This document shows, in pieces, positions 13,167 to 40,881 of a stretch of 64,000 nucleotides of DNA; position 1 is the first letter of the stretch; each line of letters starts with the position of its first letter. The notes beneath the pieces are model-generated. The model saw only the letters and a list, made by a program, of their open reading frames with translations, made no database searches and had not been told where the DNA came from. The position numbers and the translations under genes are program-made. The stretch comes from Dimorphilus gyrociliatus (lineage: Eukaryota; Animalia; Annelida), in NCBI GenBank assembly GCA_904063045.1, contig CAJFCJ010000012.1:248001-312000 (forward strand), written 5' to 3'.

Positions 13167-13174
13167 TGACGTCA
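13167..13174 (+). promoter_or_regulatory. Perfect CRE palindrome TGACGTCA upstream of the SLC6 gene
   Basis: Exact 8-mer next to a CACCTG E-box, about 160 nt upstream of the predicted start at 13331. Function is inferred only. Confidence 0.35.
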
Positions 13175-13330
13175 GCAGGTATTCCAAGTGACAACATTCT
13201 AAAATAACAAGGTGTTTTCCAACAAAATTCTATTGCAAATAAATGTAACGTAAGGCAATATATTTTAAAAGGATCATATAAAACCTTTAATTTTAATCTT
13301 AGTATGTTAAAAGAAGAGATTTAATAAACT

Positions 13331-16300
13331 ATGAAAACGGTAAAGCAAATATTTAACTCTTTTACTTTCCAATCAATTTGAAGATAGTATAAATTCTTAT
13401 TATGATTGAATTACAATTAGGAAAGACAACCTTCGAGCGATAGCACAGTAGAAATAAACTCGAATAATAATCATCAAAATTACTCAACAAATCAACAATC
13501 AACTTCCGATGTAGAAGTAAAAAATGACGAAAAACCAAGAGCTATTTGGTCAGGACATGTTGAATTTTTACTCTCATGCATTTCATTTGCAGTTGGTTTG
13601 GGAAATATATGGAGATTTCCACATCAATGCTACCAAAATGGAGGAGGTTCGTTAAATCAGATGAAAAGTATTGAAAAAAGAATAATATAGCCATAAACTC
13701 TGTTGATTTTTGATTTCTAGGTGCATTTCTCATAATATATATTTTAATGTTGATTTTCCTTGGTCTTCCATTGTTCTTCCTTGAAATGGCATTTGGACAG
13801 TACGCTTCACTAGGACCAATTACAATATGGAGAATATGTCCATTATTTAAAGGTTAGAAAAACTGGTATAGTTTTCAAATAGAAAGAAAATTGAGGTTTA
13901 AAGCCTATTTTTCTTTAAATGATATTCTCAAGTATACACCAGTTTATAGTTCTCTAGGCAAAATCTGTGTATAATATATTATTCATTTATTTATTGCAGT
14001 GAATTCTGCACAGATTATTATTATTATAGTTCTTTTTAAATCTTACTTAATATCATTTCAAATAGAAATAAAAGATCACGTTACAGGACTTGGTTATATG
14101 ATGGTTTTCATCTCTTCAATAGTATCAATATACTATAATGTAGTAATTGGATATACACTCATCTTTTTATTTTATTCTTTCACTTCTAAATTACCTTGGT
14201 CCTACTGCCATCCTGGCTGGATTAATTGCAAAGCTCACTTCTCAGGTAGACGAATTATTATTATAGTTAAATGTTAAGCTTTTGATTGGTCGTATCCTTT
14301 GAATTATAGATTGTCCCACTAATACAACTTTAATTAACTCAACACAAATATTAGAATATACAACACAAGCAGTAACTGCTACAGCAAATTTAACAAAAAA
14401 TTCTTCAACGGTCATAAACTGTACGAGTCCGAATGATAGGACTCCATCTGAAATTTTCTGGTAGTAAGTATTATATAAACGTGATTTATGATAATCATAA
14501 ATTTTGCATACTTTATAAAATTTATGTATCTATTTACATTTGATTATTAAAGTGAAAATGTTTTGGATCTTTCCGATGGTATACACGAAATGGGTGGGCT
14601 CAAATGGAAATTAGTCCTATTTTTACTTTTAGCCTGGGTTATAGTGTTTCTTTGTATTATGAAAGGGATAAAAAGTTCTGGAAAAGTAGGCTATTAATTT
14701 TTTTTTAATCTAAAATAAATAAATTGAGATAACATTTTTTTTTTAAAAAACAGGTTGCCTATTTTACAGGGACTTTTCCCTATGTTATCTTATTAATACT
14801 GTTTTTTAGAGGTGTGACATTAAAAGGAGCGGGTAAAGGAATTGAATTTTATTTAAAACCTGATTTTGAGATGATGAAACATTCAAAAGTAATACAAGTT
14901 TACTTGAACGTATACAATACGTCCTTTAACATTTTATCTTTAACATTTTGAAGGTTTGGAGAGCTGCTGCCGTCCAAATTCTCTATTCATTAGGTCCGGG
15001 ATTTGGAGGTCTACTTACAATGTCCAGTTATAATAAATTTAATAATAACTGTCACAGGTTAGATAATATGTTATCGCTTTTATTAGTAGGCATAAGAGAT
15101 GAGATATTTGAAGCTGCGTAGGCGTGTTGAAAATAGCCAACAGATGGCGTTATTAGTACAAATTATGGAAACAATGAGAAATATCATATTCTAAAGAGCA
15201 ATAATTAAACGAGCACGATTTTGAAACAAAGGCGGTCTAATACTTAAAAAAGCATGATTTATATTTAAAAAATTGCTGAAGGGAAAAAATGGAAATAATT
15301 AAAATTCCAAGGATAGAATGATAGTTTCGAGTTAAAACATTAAATCTTGAATATTTTAACTAAAGAATACTAGGAGAAAATACTTTAATAGATAATTTCT
15401 TAAAGGGATGCCTTAATTGTTGCTCTTGTAAATTCTGGAACGAGCATATTTGCCGGATTCGTCATATTTTCCGTTTTGGGTTTTATGGCTCACGAAACTC
15501 AGCAAGAAGTAAAGGATGTCGTCAAAAATTCTGGTAAATAAATATTATTTCAATATCAACAAATGAATAAAAGACGGTGCAATTTAGAAGCAATTTTTTT
15601 TCTATATATAAAAATAGGTCCCGGTCTAGCGTTTATAGCTTATCCGGAAGCTCTAGCTCAAATGAAAGGAGGTCCTTTCTGGTCCATATGCTTTTTCTTT
15701 ATGCTGTTTGTCCTAGGTTTGGGGAGTCAGGTTAGTCATTAAAAAAGTAAATAATAACAAATATTTAGATTTTAATAAAGCGGCCAATTTTTAGTTTGCG
15801 GGAATAGAAGCCATAGTTAGCGCATTCGTGGACGAATTTTCAATATTAAGGAGGAAGTCTATTATCTTTACCGCCATTATATGTACTTTATTATTCTTTT
15901 TGGGCTTTCCATGCGTAACACAGGCAAGCTTTTTCTTGAATGTTTTCAATTATTATTTAACTGTCTATTTACTAACAACAAAGGGTGGAATGTATATGCT
16001 GGAATTAATTGACACTTATGCTACTTCATTTCCTCTATTGGTAGTCGTTCTGCTGGAAGTTATCGTTTTGATGTACATTTACGGTTGATACTCTTGCATT
16101 TATATACTAAAATAATGATAGTGATATTTAACTTTGATCTCTTTAAACAATAGGTAGGAAAAGGATTCTTAAGGATATTTCAACGATGATAGGCTTCGAA
16201 CCTTGCATTTATTGGCAATTTTCCTGGACAGTTGCAACCCCTCTTATAATTGTGGTAATGTTAATAAGATATTAATTCAAATTTTATAATTAAAAATAGC

Positions 16301-17404
16301 GTATACTATAGATATTCTAAATGATCTAATTGATAAAATTTGTCTCGTTCAACTAGTCTAGAAGTTGATTTCTTTTTCAGTTTATAATCATTGCTTCGTT
16401 TATTGAATATGATGGAATGAAATACGAAAATTATACTTATCCACAATGGGCAGAAGCACTTGGTTGGTTAATTGTTAGTGCAATTTTACTGTGTTTACCA
16501 GTCTATATGATTATTAAAGTTGCTAATTGTGTAGGATCATTAAAGGTTTGTATTTAATTATATAAGTCTACGTTTACAAGTACTTTATTTCATACATATT
16601 TAACTATATAGTTTTAACTCGACAGAATTTATGGTGGGTTATAAGAGGCCCTTATGCTATTAAAGTATTGAATTTACGAACATTGATAGAACCAAGCTCA
16701 AAATGGGGACCTGCTTTAGAGGTAAATTTGTATGAATTGAATAGCTGTATTATTGTAAGGTGATTTTCTATTTAAAAAATTTGAAAAAACTTTAAGAAAA
16801 TTGAAAAAAATATTCATATTTTAGGTTAGTTTTTCTAAGTAGAAATTTATTAATATCTTTCAATTTCGATAAAATCACAAAAACACACCTTAAGAGGTGA
16901 AAAACAAGACTAAAGGTAAAAAAATTTATTCGGCTATTCACATAACTTAACGTTCTAATAGATTTTTCCTTGTCGGTCCTTTTGAGTAAAATACCTATAA
17001 AGCAATTACAAGGGCTACATTTATATATTCGAATAAGAAAAGAGAACGCTATTCAGAAAAGATTTGATAAATTACTTATCTCATAAAATCTAAAAATAGT
17101 TAAATTGTATAGAATATATATATATATATATGCTGTATATTTAGATATATATATATATATATATATACTATTTATATAAAGCTTATGTCATGTATTAAAT
17201 ATCTTTAATAGAAAAGGAAAATTTATTGGAAAAATGACCCAAATTCCAAAACAAATTAACAACAGAATAAAACGTGACACTGAACAAGATGATTCCTTCT
17301 TCTCTTTGGGTTATAATAACCTGAGTTGAGATTTTTTTCTTGTTTAAGAGGGAAAACTTAATTAAAAGTAAATAAACGGGACAGTGCACATGCGAGAGAG
17401 TGAG

Positions 17405-17439
<35 letters not shown>

Positions 17440-19000
17440 TATACTTGTATATGGAAAGGTAAATTGAAAAGGTTGATAGCGTAGGAAAAAAAATATTTCA
17501 GAATAAATATTACAAGTTTTTTTTAATTGAATGATAATAAAGCTTTTACTATAATTAGTAATTCTAATCCAAGCCATTAAAACGAAATATAGAGGTATTA
17601 TACATGTTTTTATTACTATTTTTAGGAAAAACATTAAAGATTATACATATATATATATGTAAACTAAGATAGTACTAATACTGCAATTATAGGAAGAAAG
17701 GTTAAGAATACCAGAAGAGGGGGAATGCTAAAGAGAGAGAGAGAGAGAGAGTGTGTGTGTGTATGCTAGAAGATGAGAAATTTTCTCTACATAACTCAGA
17801 TAATAATAGAAATAGTTAGAAAGAAAAGCACTGCCTGTACCGATTTCCTAGTGTTATGTAACCTTGATGGTGTATATTTCAAATATTCATTCGAATGATC
17901 AAGTTATCTTTTGACGATCAGCAACATTAAACACGATTCATGAAAGTTGTCTTTCTCTTTTTCTTTCTTTTTAGAAATTTCGCCTTCTTAAACGAACAAT
18001 ATTTACGTCTAATTATATTTATATATAATTTCTTATTATATAAAAGTCTAGTTTAATTGGAAATTGAAAAATATCTAAAGAGCATAATCTCCTTAAGAGA
18101 AATGCGCTTTTTTTGTGTGTGCGTTGTTGGAATATAGGCTGATGGTAGGTAGAATGATAAATTTATAAAGGTCTCATCGCTTTTATAACTAAGTTACTCG
18201 TTACAGTTTCTAAAAAAGAAATATCTAAAATAATAAAATAACTAAAAGAAAAATCCGAAAATAATAGGATATACGCTTTTTCAAATTGAATAGGGATCAT
18301 ACAAAGTTCAAGTTTATTGTATTGGGCCTATAGTCATAATAGATGATTAATGGCTAACTTAAAACGGGTCTGTTGGCTTTTCGCACACAGCAGCTCAAAA
18401 AAAGGTATTCAAATCCCGTTTGCTGAAAATTTGATAAAGATTTTAGATAAAGAATGAATTAAATAGAGTACTTTTTAAGGATTTTCCTATAGTTTTAACA
18501 AACGTTTTAATTGGACGATGGTGATCCCATTCATTATATACTTGTAACTGAATTCAATTTTTCGGTCTAATGGCACTTGATCCAAGAACTAATTTGAACA
18601 GTTATATGTCTTTTTTTAGGTGTTCAATAATAAGTTACTATTGTAAGGTTACCGTTATTCTATTGTATTTTAAATGTTGTAATCGTTACCATTCAATTCG
18701 CGAAGATTTCTATGTAGATAAATGACTGGTCAGTTATATAACAGAGCTTATTCGTTCATAAGCATCTGCCTTATACCCTATTGTTCTATTTAGACTATCT
18801 CTTTATTCATTCATAAATAACAGGAAAATAGGTTAAATCCGGAAGAACGTCTGGAATTACCACCGGAAATCGATCATACGGAAACTGCAAGGATATTTTT
18901 TGAAAACAAGGGAAATGAAGAAACACGAAATGAAACAGTGAATATAACATTAAATGTACAAACTACAGATAATGGAATATCAACAGACTCGTACATATAA
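13331..19000 (+). CDS. SLC6 Na+/Cl- dependent amino-acid transporter, glycine/proline (SLC6A7/A9-like) branch
   Basis: Spliced translation gives [117 protein letters not shown]. Last exon 18824-19000 ends DSYI*. The start exon (MKT, 13331-13339) is tentative. Confidence 0.92.
17392..17438. repeat. (GATA)n-(GA)n microsatellite
   Basis: Direct inspection; lies in the last SLC6 intron. Confidence 0.85.
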
Positions 19001-21706
19001 TCCGAGAGAGCGCTAATCATGAAAAATGTATTTTTAATTGCGAATATATTTTATACTTCTTTTTTTTTAATAAAAAAAACCTTAAATATATAAAAATGAT
19101 CTGTGATGTGTTTTTATGGACAAACTTTTATTTTTCATATATTAAAGTATGTATGTATTGTGGCTGTGTATCAAATATATACATTTCTTAATATATGAAC
19201 ATTCTCTAAACTTTGAAAATGACTTTTAATGAGTTGTTTCGTTTGCTGTATTAATGATATATAGATTACTCTTAAACATCTATTGGCTTCACTATCATTT
19301 ATTCTTTATAATGTTATCATCAAGAATATAAGGCACTGTCTCAAGCGGAAATATTAGAAAAGTATAAATTTGATAGCTTGCATTTTCTTATAATCAAGTA
19401 CATACTCAGCACGAATGGTGTGAATTAGAAAGTTGTAATTCAAAACTATCCTATCAATAATTGTTGAACTTTTATTTCTTTTTTTTATGCTTGCTCATCT
19501 TGTGTTATATTTAAATGTTTTCTTGATATTTTCTACACAAACTTATACATGAAAAGCTGTTTCAAAACATTAAAATCGATATTTGGCGACTGTAATTCTA
19601 TTTTAAAAATTGTTGATTGTTAATTAACTTCTGTACTTGAATGCTATTCGATATGCCATGTACTAGTTGTATGACAAATTGACTTATTACTTTTTAAAAG
19701 TAAGCTAATCTGCTATGACAGTTTGGAAGAAGAAGCTTAATAAAAAATAACTCTTTATTTTCAAACTTTTCTCTTGAATATATTAATATAACTAAAGTAA
19801 TAATTGTTTTTTTCTTTTTTTTGGGTTTAGTAGATTCATTAGATTTTTCAAAAGAATATTATACATTTTACATGCATTTATACATATATACATATACATA
19901 TACATATATATATATATATATATAAGTATATGTATATACTTACATATTTTTTATGAATATTTTTTCGATTAATGAGAAAAACCTAATAAAAAAAGAATTT
20001 TTTTTTACTGAAAGAGAGACACGGCACAGTTAAAATTTTGTAAAGGAATGATTTCCGTAAGACAAATAACGAAAAACAAAACAAAAAAAAAATTTTCGTA
20101 CAATTTATATATATATATATATACTGTGTATATACTGTATATATATATATATATATGTATACATTAAAATTCTTTCTTTTACAGAGCAGAAAAGAAAAAA
20201 CTAAAACATATATGCAGTGAAAGAATTCGTAATCTCAATAGAGAAAAAAAAAGCATACACTGTACACAAGTCTATCAATCAATTAAAGTCTTTGAAAAGT
20301 ATTGCAAAAAACATTCAAACATGGCCTGCCAGATAAAAAAATGGAAAAAAAAAACAAAAAAAAAATTACAGTACAAATTATTCAGTCCTGATCAGACGTC
20401 ATGCTTTAAGAATTTATGTATATTGCACAATCCCGCGTATAGACTCAATTTTTCCAGTCACGACCGCAAAAATCGTGACAATCGGTAGACGCATCGTTTG
20501 TTTTACATCAATTGACAAAATATGGCGTTAGGCTGTATGCAAACACACGAAAATGCACCTGATGCAGGTAGATGAACTTATTTCAGGTAGTTGCCAGCCA
20601 CACCCAGTCATTTTCGTGTGTTACATAGGTGCCTAATTGCATCTTTTTTATCGAAAATTAAGCCTATTTCGCGAAAGAAAAATTATTTAAAAGAGAAACG
20701 AGGTAGTCATTAACATGCTTTATACAATTATATTATTGGGTCCTCGCATATATATTTTAATACAGCACCATTCAAACTGATCCCGATTACGTATTGGCCT
20801 ACAGACTGTATCAAGGCACGATTAATTAATATATACAAAATAATTGGGAATGTATAAAAAAAAAACAATATCTATGTAGAATTGAGAGGAAATTTTATCA
20901 TTTCTTTTCTATCATTCATTTTAATAATATTAAATACTTTTTAAGAGTAAAAAATATGAAACCAAGCCTTATTGGTAAAGTTTCGTGTACCACTTGAATA
21001 TAGATTTTAAGGTCTCATTTTCCTTTTTTTTTATTTAAATCATTATTGTTTTTCTTTTAAAACAAAGAAAAAGCTACTTAATGTAATATCTTTTTAATAC
21101 ATTATTAAGAAATGTCTTTCTCTATTTTTATAAATTCTTCATGTACTGTTTATCGTAATTCTTATGACAATGGAACATTCTTTGCATTTATGAAAAGAAC
21201 AATTATATTATTTTCCTTCTTATGTTTGAGGATTAAATGGTACTAGAATTCACTTTCGAAGTACTTTAGGTATATACTGTATATATATACAAAAGGTTCT
21301 TCTCTCGACTCCTCTCTTCCCCTCTCTCTGTCTCTCTGTCTCTCTATTTATGACACGTGCTCACACATATGCAGTATATAGATGTAATTATTCTATACCT
21401 ATTTCACTAATTTTCTCTTTGCCTTTCATTAAATAAAAATTTTGATTAGAGCGCTTAAATTCATTGAATACTATATATTCAGATTTCATTGAATTCTTAT
21501 TTGTAAATGATTTCGAAAATTGTAAATTTTTCACTAGATTAATTCATCATTGTAACTATACTTTGTATAATTCTAAGCTAGGTATTGAGGTAGAAGAGAT
21601 ATAGGAGAAAAATATAGTATGAATAAAAAAAAGACAGCGGGGAAAAAGTATAAGAGTAAGAGAATTCTCTTTGTCTAGAATTAAACGTTTTTAATTTTTT
21701 TTTAGA

Positions 21707-21729
21707 CAGAGAGAAAGAAAGACAGAGTC

Positions 21730-21779
<50 letters not shown>

Positions 21780-21810
21780 AGAGAGAGTGTGGGAGAGAGT
21801 GAGTGGGAGA
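21707..21810. repeat. (GA)n / GAGAGTGG purine-rich microsatellite in the presumed KLF 3' UTR
   Basis: About 100 nt almost entirely of G/A dinucleotide repeats. Confidence 0.85.
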
Positions 21811-21966
21811 ATGACTTGTAAAATTGCCACTCATTGATTTGGGAGAGATTTCAGACCTCTAATACTCTTCTTATTCTCAAATAACTAATGAAATAAATTT
21901 AAAAAAGATAAAATTGCCTCTCAACTACTTTTTTACGCTTTCACAGTTTAGCATCATTTTGTTATA

Positions 21967-37563
<15,597 letters not shown>

Positions 37564-37764
37564 TATGTAACTTTTTTCCTTCCTTCTTGAAAACAAATGA
37601 GAAGAGGGAAAAAAAACTAAAGTTAACTCAAAAATTCACTCTTTGCTAAAGCCTTTTAAATTATCTTGAATAAAACTAAACAGAAATATTCTAGTCTCTC
37701 AAAGATCACAGTCTTTTTTTTCAAATCTCCATTGTCTGCTGCGGTCCACGATTGCCGTTGATGT

Positions 37765-37822
37765 GAATGAGCTGGTTTACTATAGGCCTTCTCACGTGAC
37801 TAGGTATACGAATTCCTATTGG
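37765..37822 (-). promoter_or_regulatory. Candidate KLF6/7 core promoter
   Basis: On the minus strand: CCAAT box (37818-37822), palindromic TCACGTGA E-box (37792-37799) and Inr-like TCATTC (37770-37765), about 200 nt upstream of the ATG in a locally GC-richer patch. Confidence 0.4.
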
Positions 37823-40800
37823 CTAAGAGGTTATGAATATGGATATAAAGAGATTCTGGAGTGCCTCGATAGATTAACAATTATTTTAGCATGTTGACGC
37901 TATCTGGTGGATGAGAAAACTGTACGCCGCCTGTTGGTTTTATCGGAACTATTTAGTAATTTGTTTTTCTTCTTTTTGAGAATATATGAAAACAGAAACA
38001 CTTGAAAAAAAAAAGAAAAGAATTAAGTCTCTTATTACAAAGTCTTATTCTAAAGAGAAATTCTTTAAATATACATAAAGAGAGCAAAAATTTATAAACA
38101 GAAAAATTTTTGCTTTCTAAACAAACTGTAAAAAGAAAGAGTAGAGAAAAGAAGAGAAAAAGAAGGAAAACTAAGCAAATTTACTACTGATACTTAATCC
38201 AACTTAAATAATTTGTAAAAACAGATTCATATAACTCTTTTTTAAAAATTTTTGTCACGAAATACAATCAGTTGAACTTCATTTTTTTTTTAAAGGTATA
38301 AAAAAGAAATTAATGAGATAGAAATTTGTTACCTTTCATAGATTAATCTTTTAAAAAAACACACATTATGCATTCTTTTCTTTCAGTTTTCATTTTCGTT
38401 TTCTATTTTTATCCGAAAGTAACTTTTTTCTATAAAAACACAAAGAAGACAAAATAAATGATTTGATCTGTAAATACCTTTAAGCACCTTTAATTAACTG
38501 TTAAACCTTTTTTCAATAAGCCATGTATACAATCATAGACAACATCTTTATATAATATATATATATATGTTGTATATTTAGTTTATATGTAAATGCACAT
38601 ATCGAATATATAATAGCCATTTTTGTAATCATTAGAATTTCTTCTCTCTTTTTTTGCGTATAATATTAGTTATAATAAATTTATTAATATACCATTTCTA
38701 TACATGATCTGAAAACTATAATCAATAGTTTTTGAAATTGATAATACAATATAATATGGCTCTATTAGATTATTATTTGAATTTTTTTCGTTTTTTTACT
38801 ACCAATTCCATTTTATAATCATAATAGATCTATTGTTTTATTTAAATTAATGACTTATTATGGCAATACTAAAGCATGAAATAAGGATGTAAAAGAGTAC
38901 TGAAATCGGTTGTTTTTAAAGGTCAAACAAATTCTAAACGGTATAATTCTTTCTTTCTTTATTATACAAATCGATGTCTATAGTCTATGAACAAAGGTTT
39001 ATAGTTTTATATGATAAACTAAGGAAATAGATTTGGATAGTCTAAGAGATGGCGTGCAATGCCAAAAAGTATTCCGATTGAGGAAATTATAGTAGATAGT
39101 TTTGCGCCATCTATTATTTATAGAGAAATAAGAGCATTTATGTTTTAACTGTGTATTATTAAATTAATTTATGCCATTCGTCTACTAAATTTCTTTTTTT
39201 TTAACTAAGCTATCGAATGGGATTTTAAGTAAAAATTAATGATTAATCCTAAAGCTATTTCTATTAAAAAACGTATAAATGACTATAATTGATAATAAAA
39301 AGGATTTTATATGACAATGCTGATCGTCGTTTAACCCCAAAACTGTCAACAATATTATTTCCTTAATGAAATAATCACTTAGAAGTAAAATATAAGCCGT
39401 AAAAAGCTTAAACAACGGGTCAAAGCACGTTATTTCCATAGTAAAGAAAAAGAAAATCAATTATTAAATCTATAATCTTAGAAGAAAAATCTAAAAAAAA
39501 GAGAGAATTTTATGTTGAACAATAAAAGCTTAAAAATAATCAATAGATAATATTTAAAAGACATAAAAACATATAAACATATATTAATATATATAAACAA
39601 TATAGATTGAAAAATTTGTTTATAATTCAGAGAATAAACACAAAAATATAATAAAATAAAAGAAAAAACATTTTACCTAATCATTGCTTTATATATTTGA
39701 ATGAAACATTACTTTATAAAGCCTTTATAGTCCATTAATAAGGTATTAAATTTAAACAATTAGCGCTAAATTCGTATAAAATACGTCTTTTATATGAAAC
39801 AGAAAACTTCAATATCTTATATATCAAAGGAAAAATAATAAGGAACACCATCGAATTGTTCCTTTTAGTTAAGTGAAGAATCTATTTGCGTATCGTATTA
39901 CAGAATTTATAGAATCAACAACTTTAGGCGGAAATGATGACGAAAGCCGTAAGATATATATAAGAAAAGGTAAAAAAAGAAAAAGAGTAACAATCCTTCT
40001 TTTCTCTTTAATTTCATAGTTCATACACAATACGGAAAAGCCATAAAATATTTTGAATGACGTAAAAGGAAAATGTGTTTTATTATAAGTGTTTGTTTTA
40101 TCAATTACATAATCCTAGAATTACTTTAGATGCGAAAAAGATAATTTTCATACTTTTACCAAAACTTTCGAATATGCACTAAATACTATTACAAAAATAT
40201 AAAAGAAGTTTAAGTAAGCTACGTATAAATATTTTAGTTTGATTCTAAAGAATTCACAGTACCTTATCTCTTATTTTTACTATTGCGGTATTGCGGTTTT
40301 TTATTATTCTTTTTTATTTAATAGAAATGAAAACAGAGAGAAGAAGTAAAAAAATTCCTACACTATGTGGAATATATTTCAGTAATAAAAAAATTGCAAC
40401 CATAGCTTAGCTTTCCTAGTATTGTTTGAACTGATATCGCAGATATTCTGCATAATATAAGCTAGTATCAACAAATACAATTGTTTACACTAGAAGCAAG
40501 GCTAACAGTAAGTAAAAATCCCACTAGGTGTCGTTGAATCTTTATAATAATAAATTACCATCCGTGGTACCTATTGCTGTGCAGTACTGCAGGAATAAAG
40601 ATATTAAAAGCTTACTTAAATTTTAGTAAAGGTAAGTGGCTTAATTGAATATATAAATAAATGCAATTAAGTTAATTACGTAAAAGTTTGATGAATAAAA
40701 CAATCGACGAGAAAAAAAGTATTGCAGTTCGATTCTCAGCTGGTATTAGACGTTCATGACTAAGGGTAAATAAAGCGGTACACCGAACTGCAATTCTAAA

Positions 40801-40881
40801 ATCAATTCCTTCTCATAAATAATCTATAAAACTCTTTAGTGTAACTCTTCTGCTCCCCAGCCTCTATCAGATGAAAACTTA

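Noticed and set aside
17100-17800. ORFs 17195-17389 and 17362-17634
   Set aside because: Products of microsatellite and low-complexity intron sequence.
20420-20441. miR-92-like TATTGCACAATCCCG and nearby miR-29-like AGCACCATTC (about 20764)
   Set aside because: Only the seed-proximal part matches and no complementary arm forms a precursor hairpin.
40728-40745. tRNA T-loop-like GTTCGATTC
   Set aside because: No matching T-stem, D-arm or acceptor stem.
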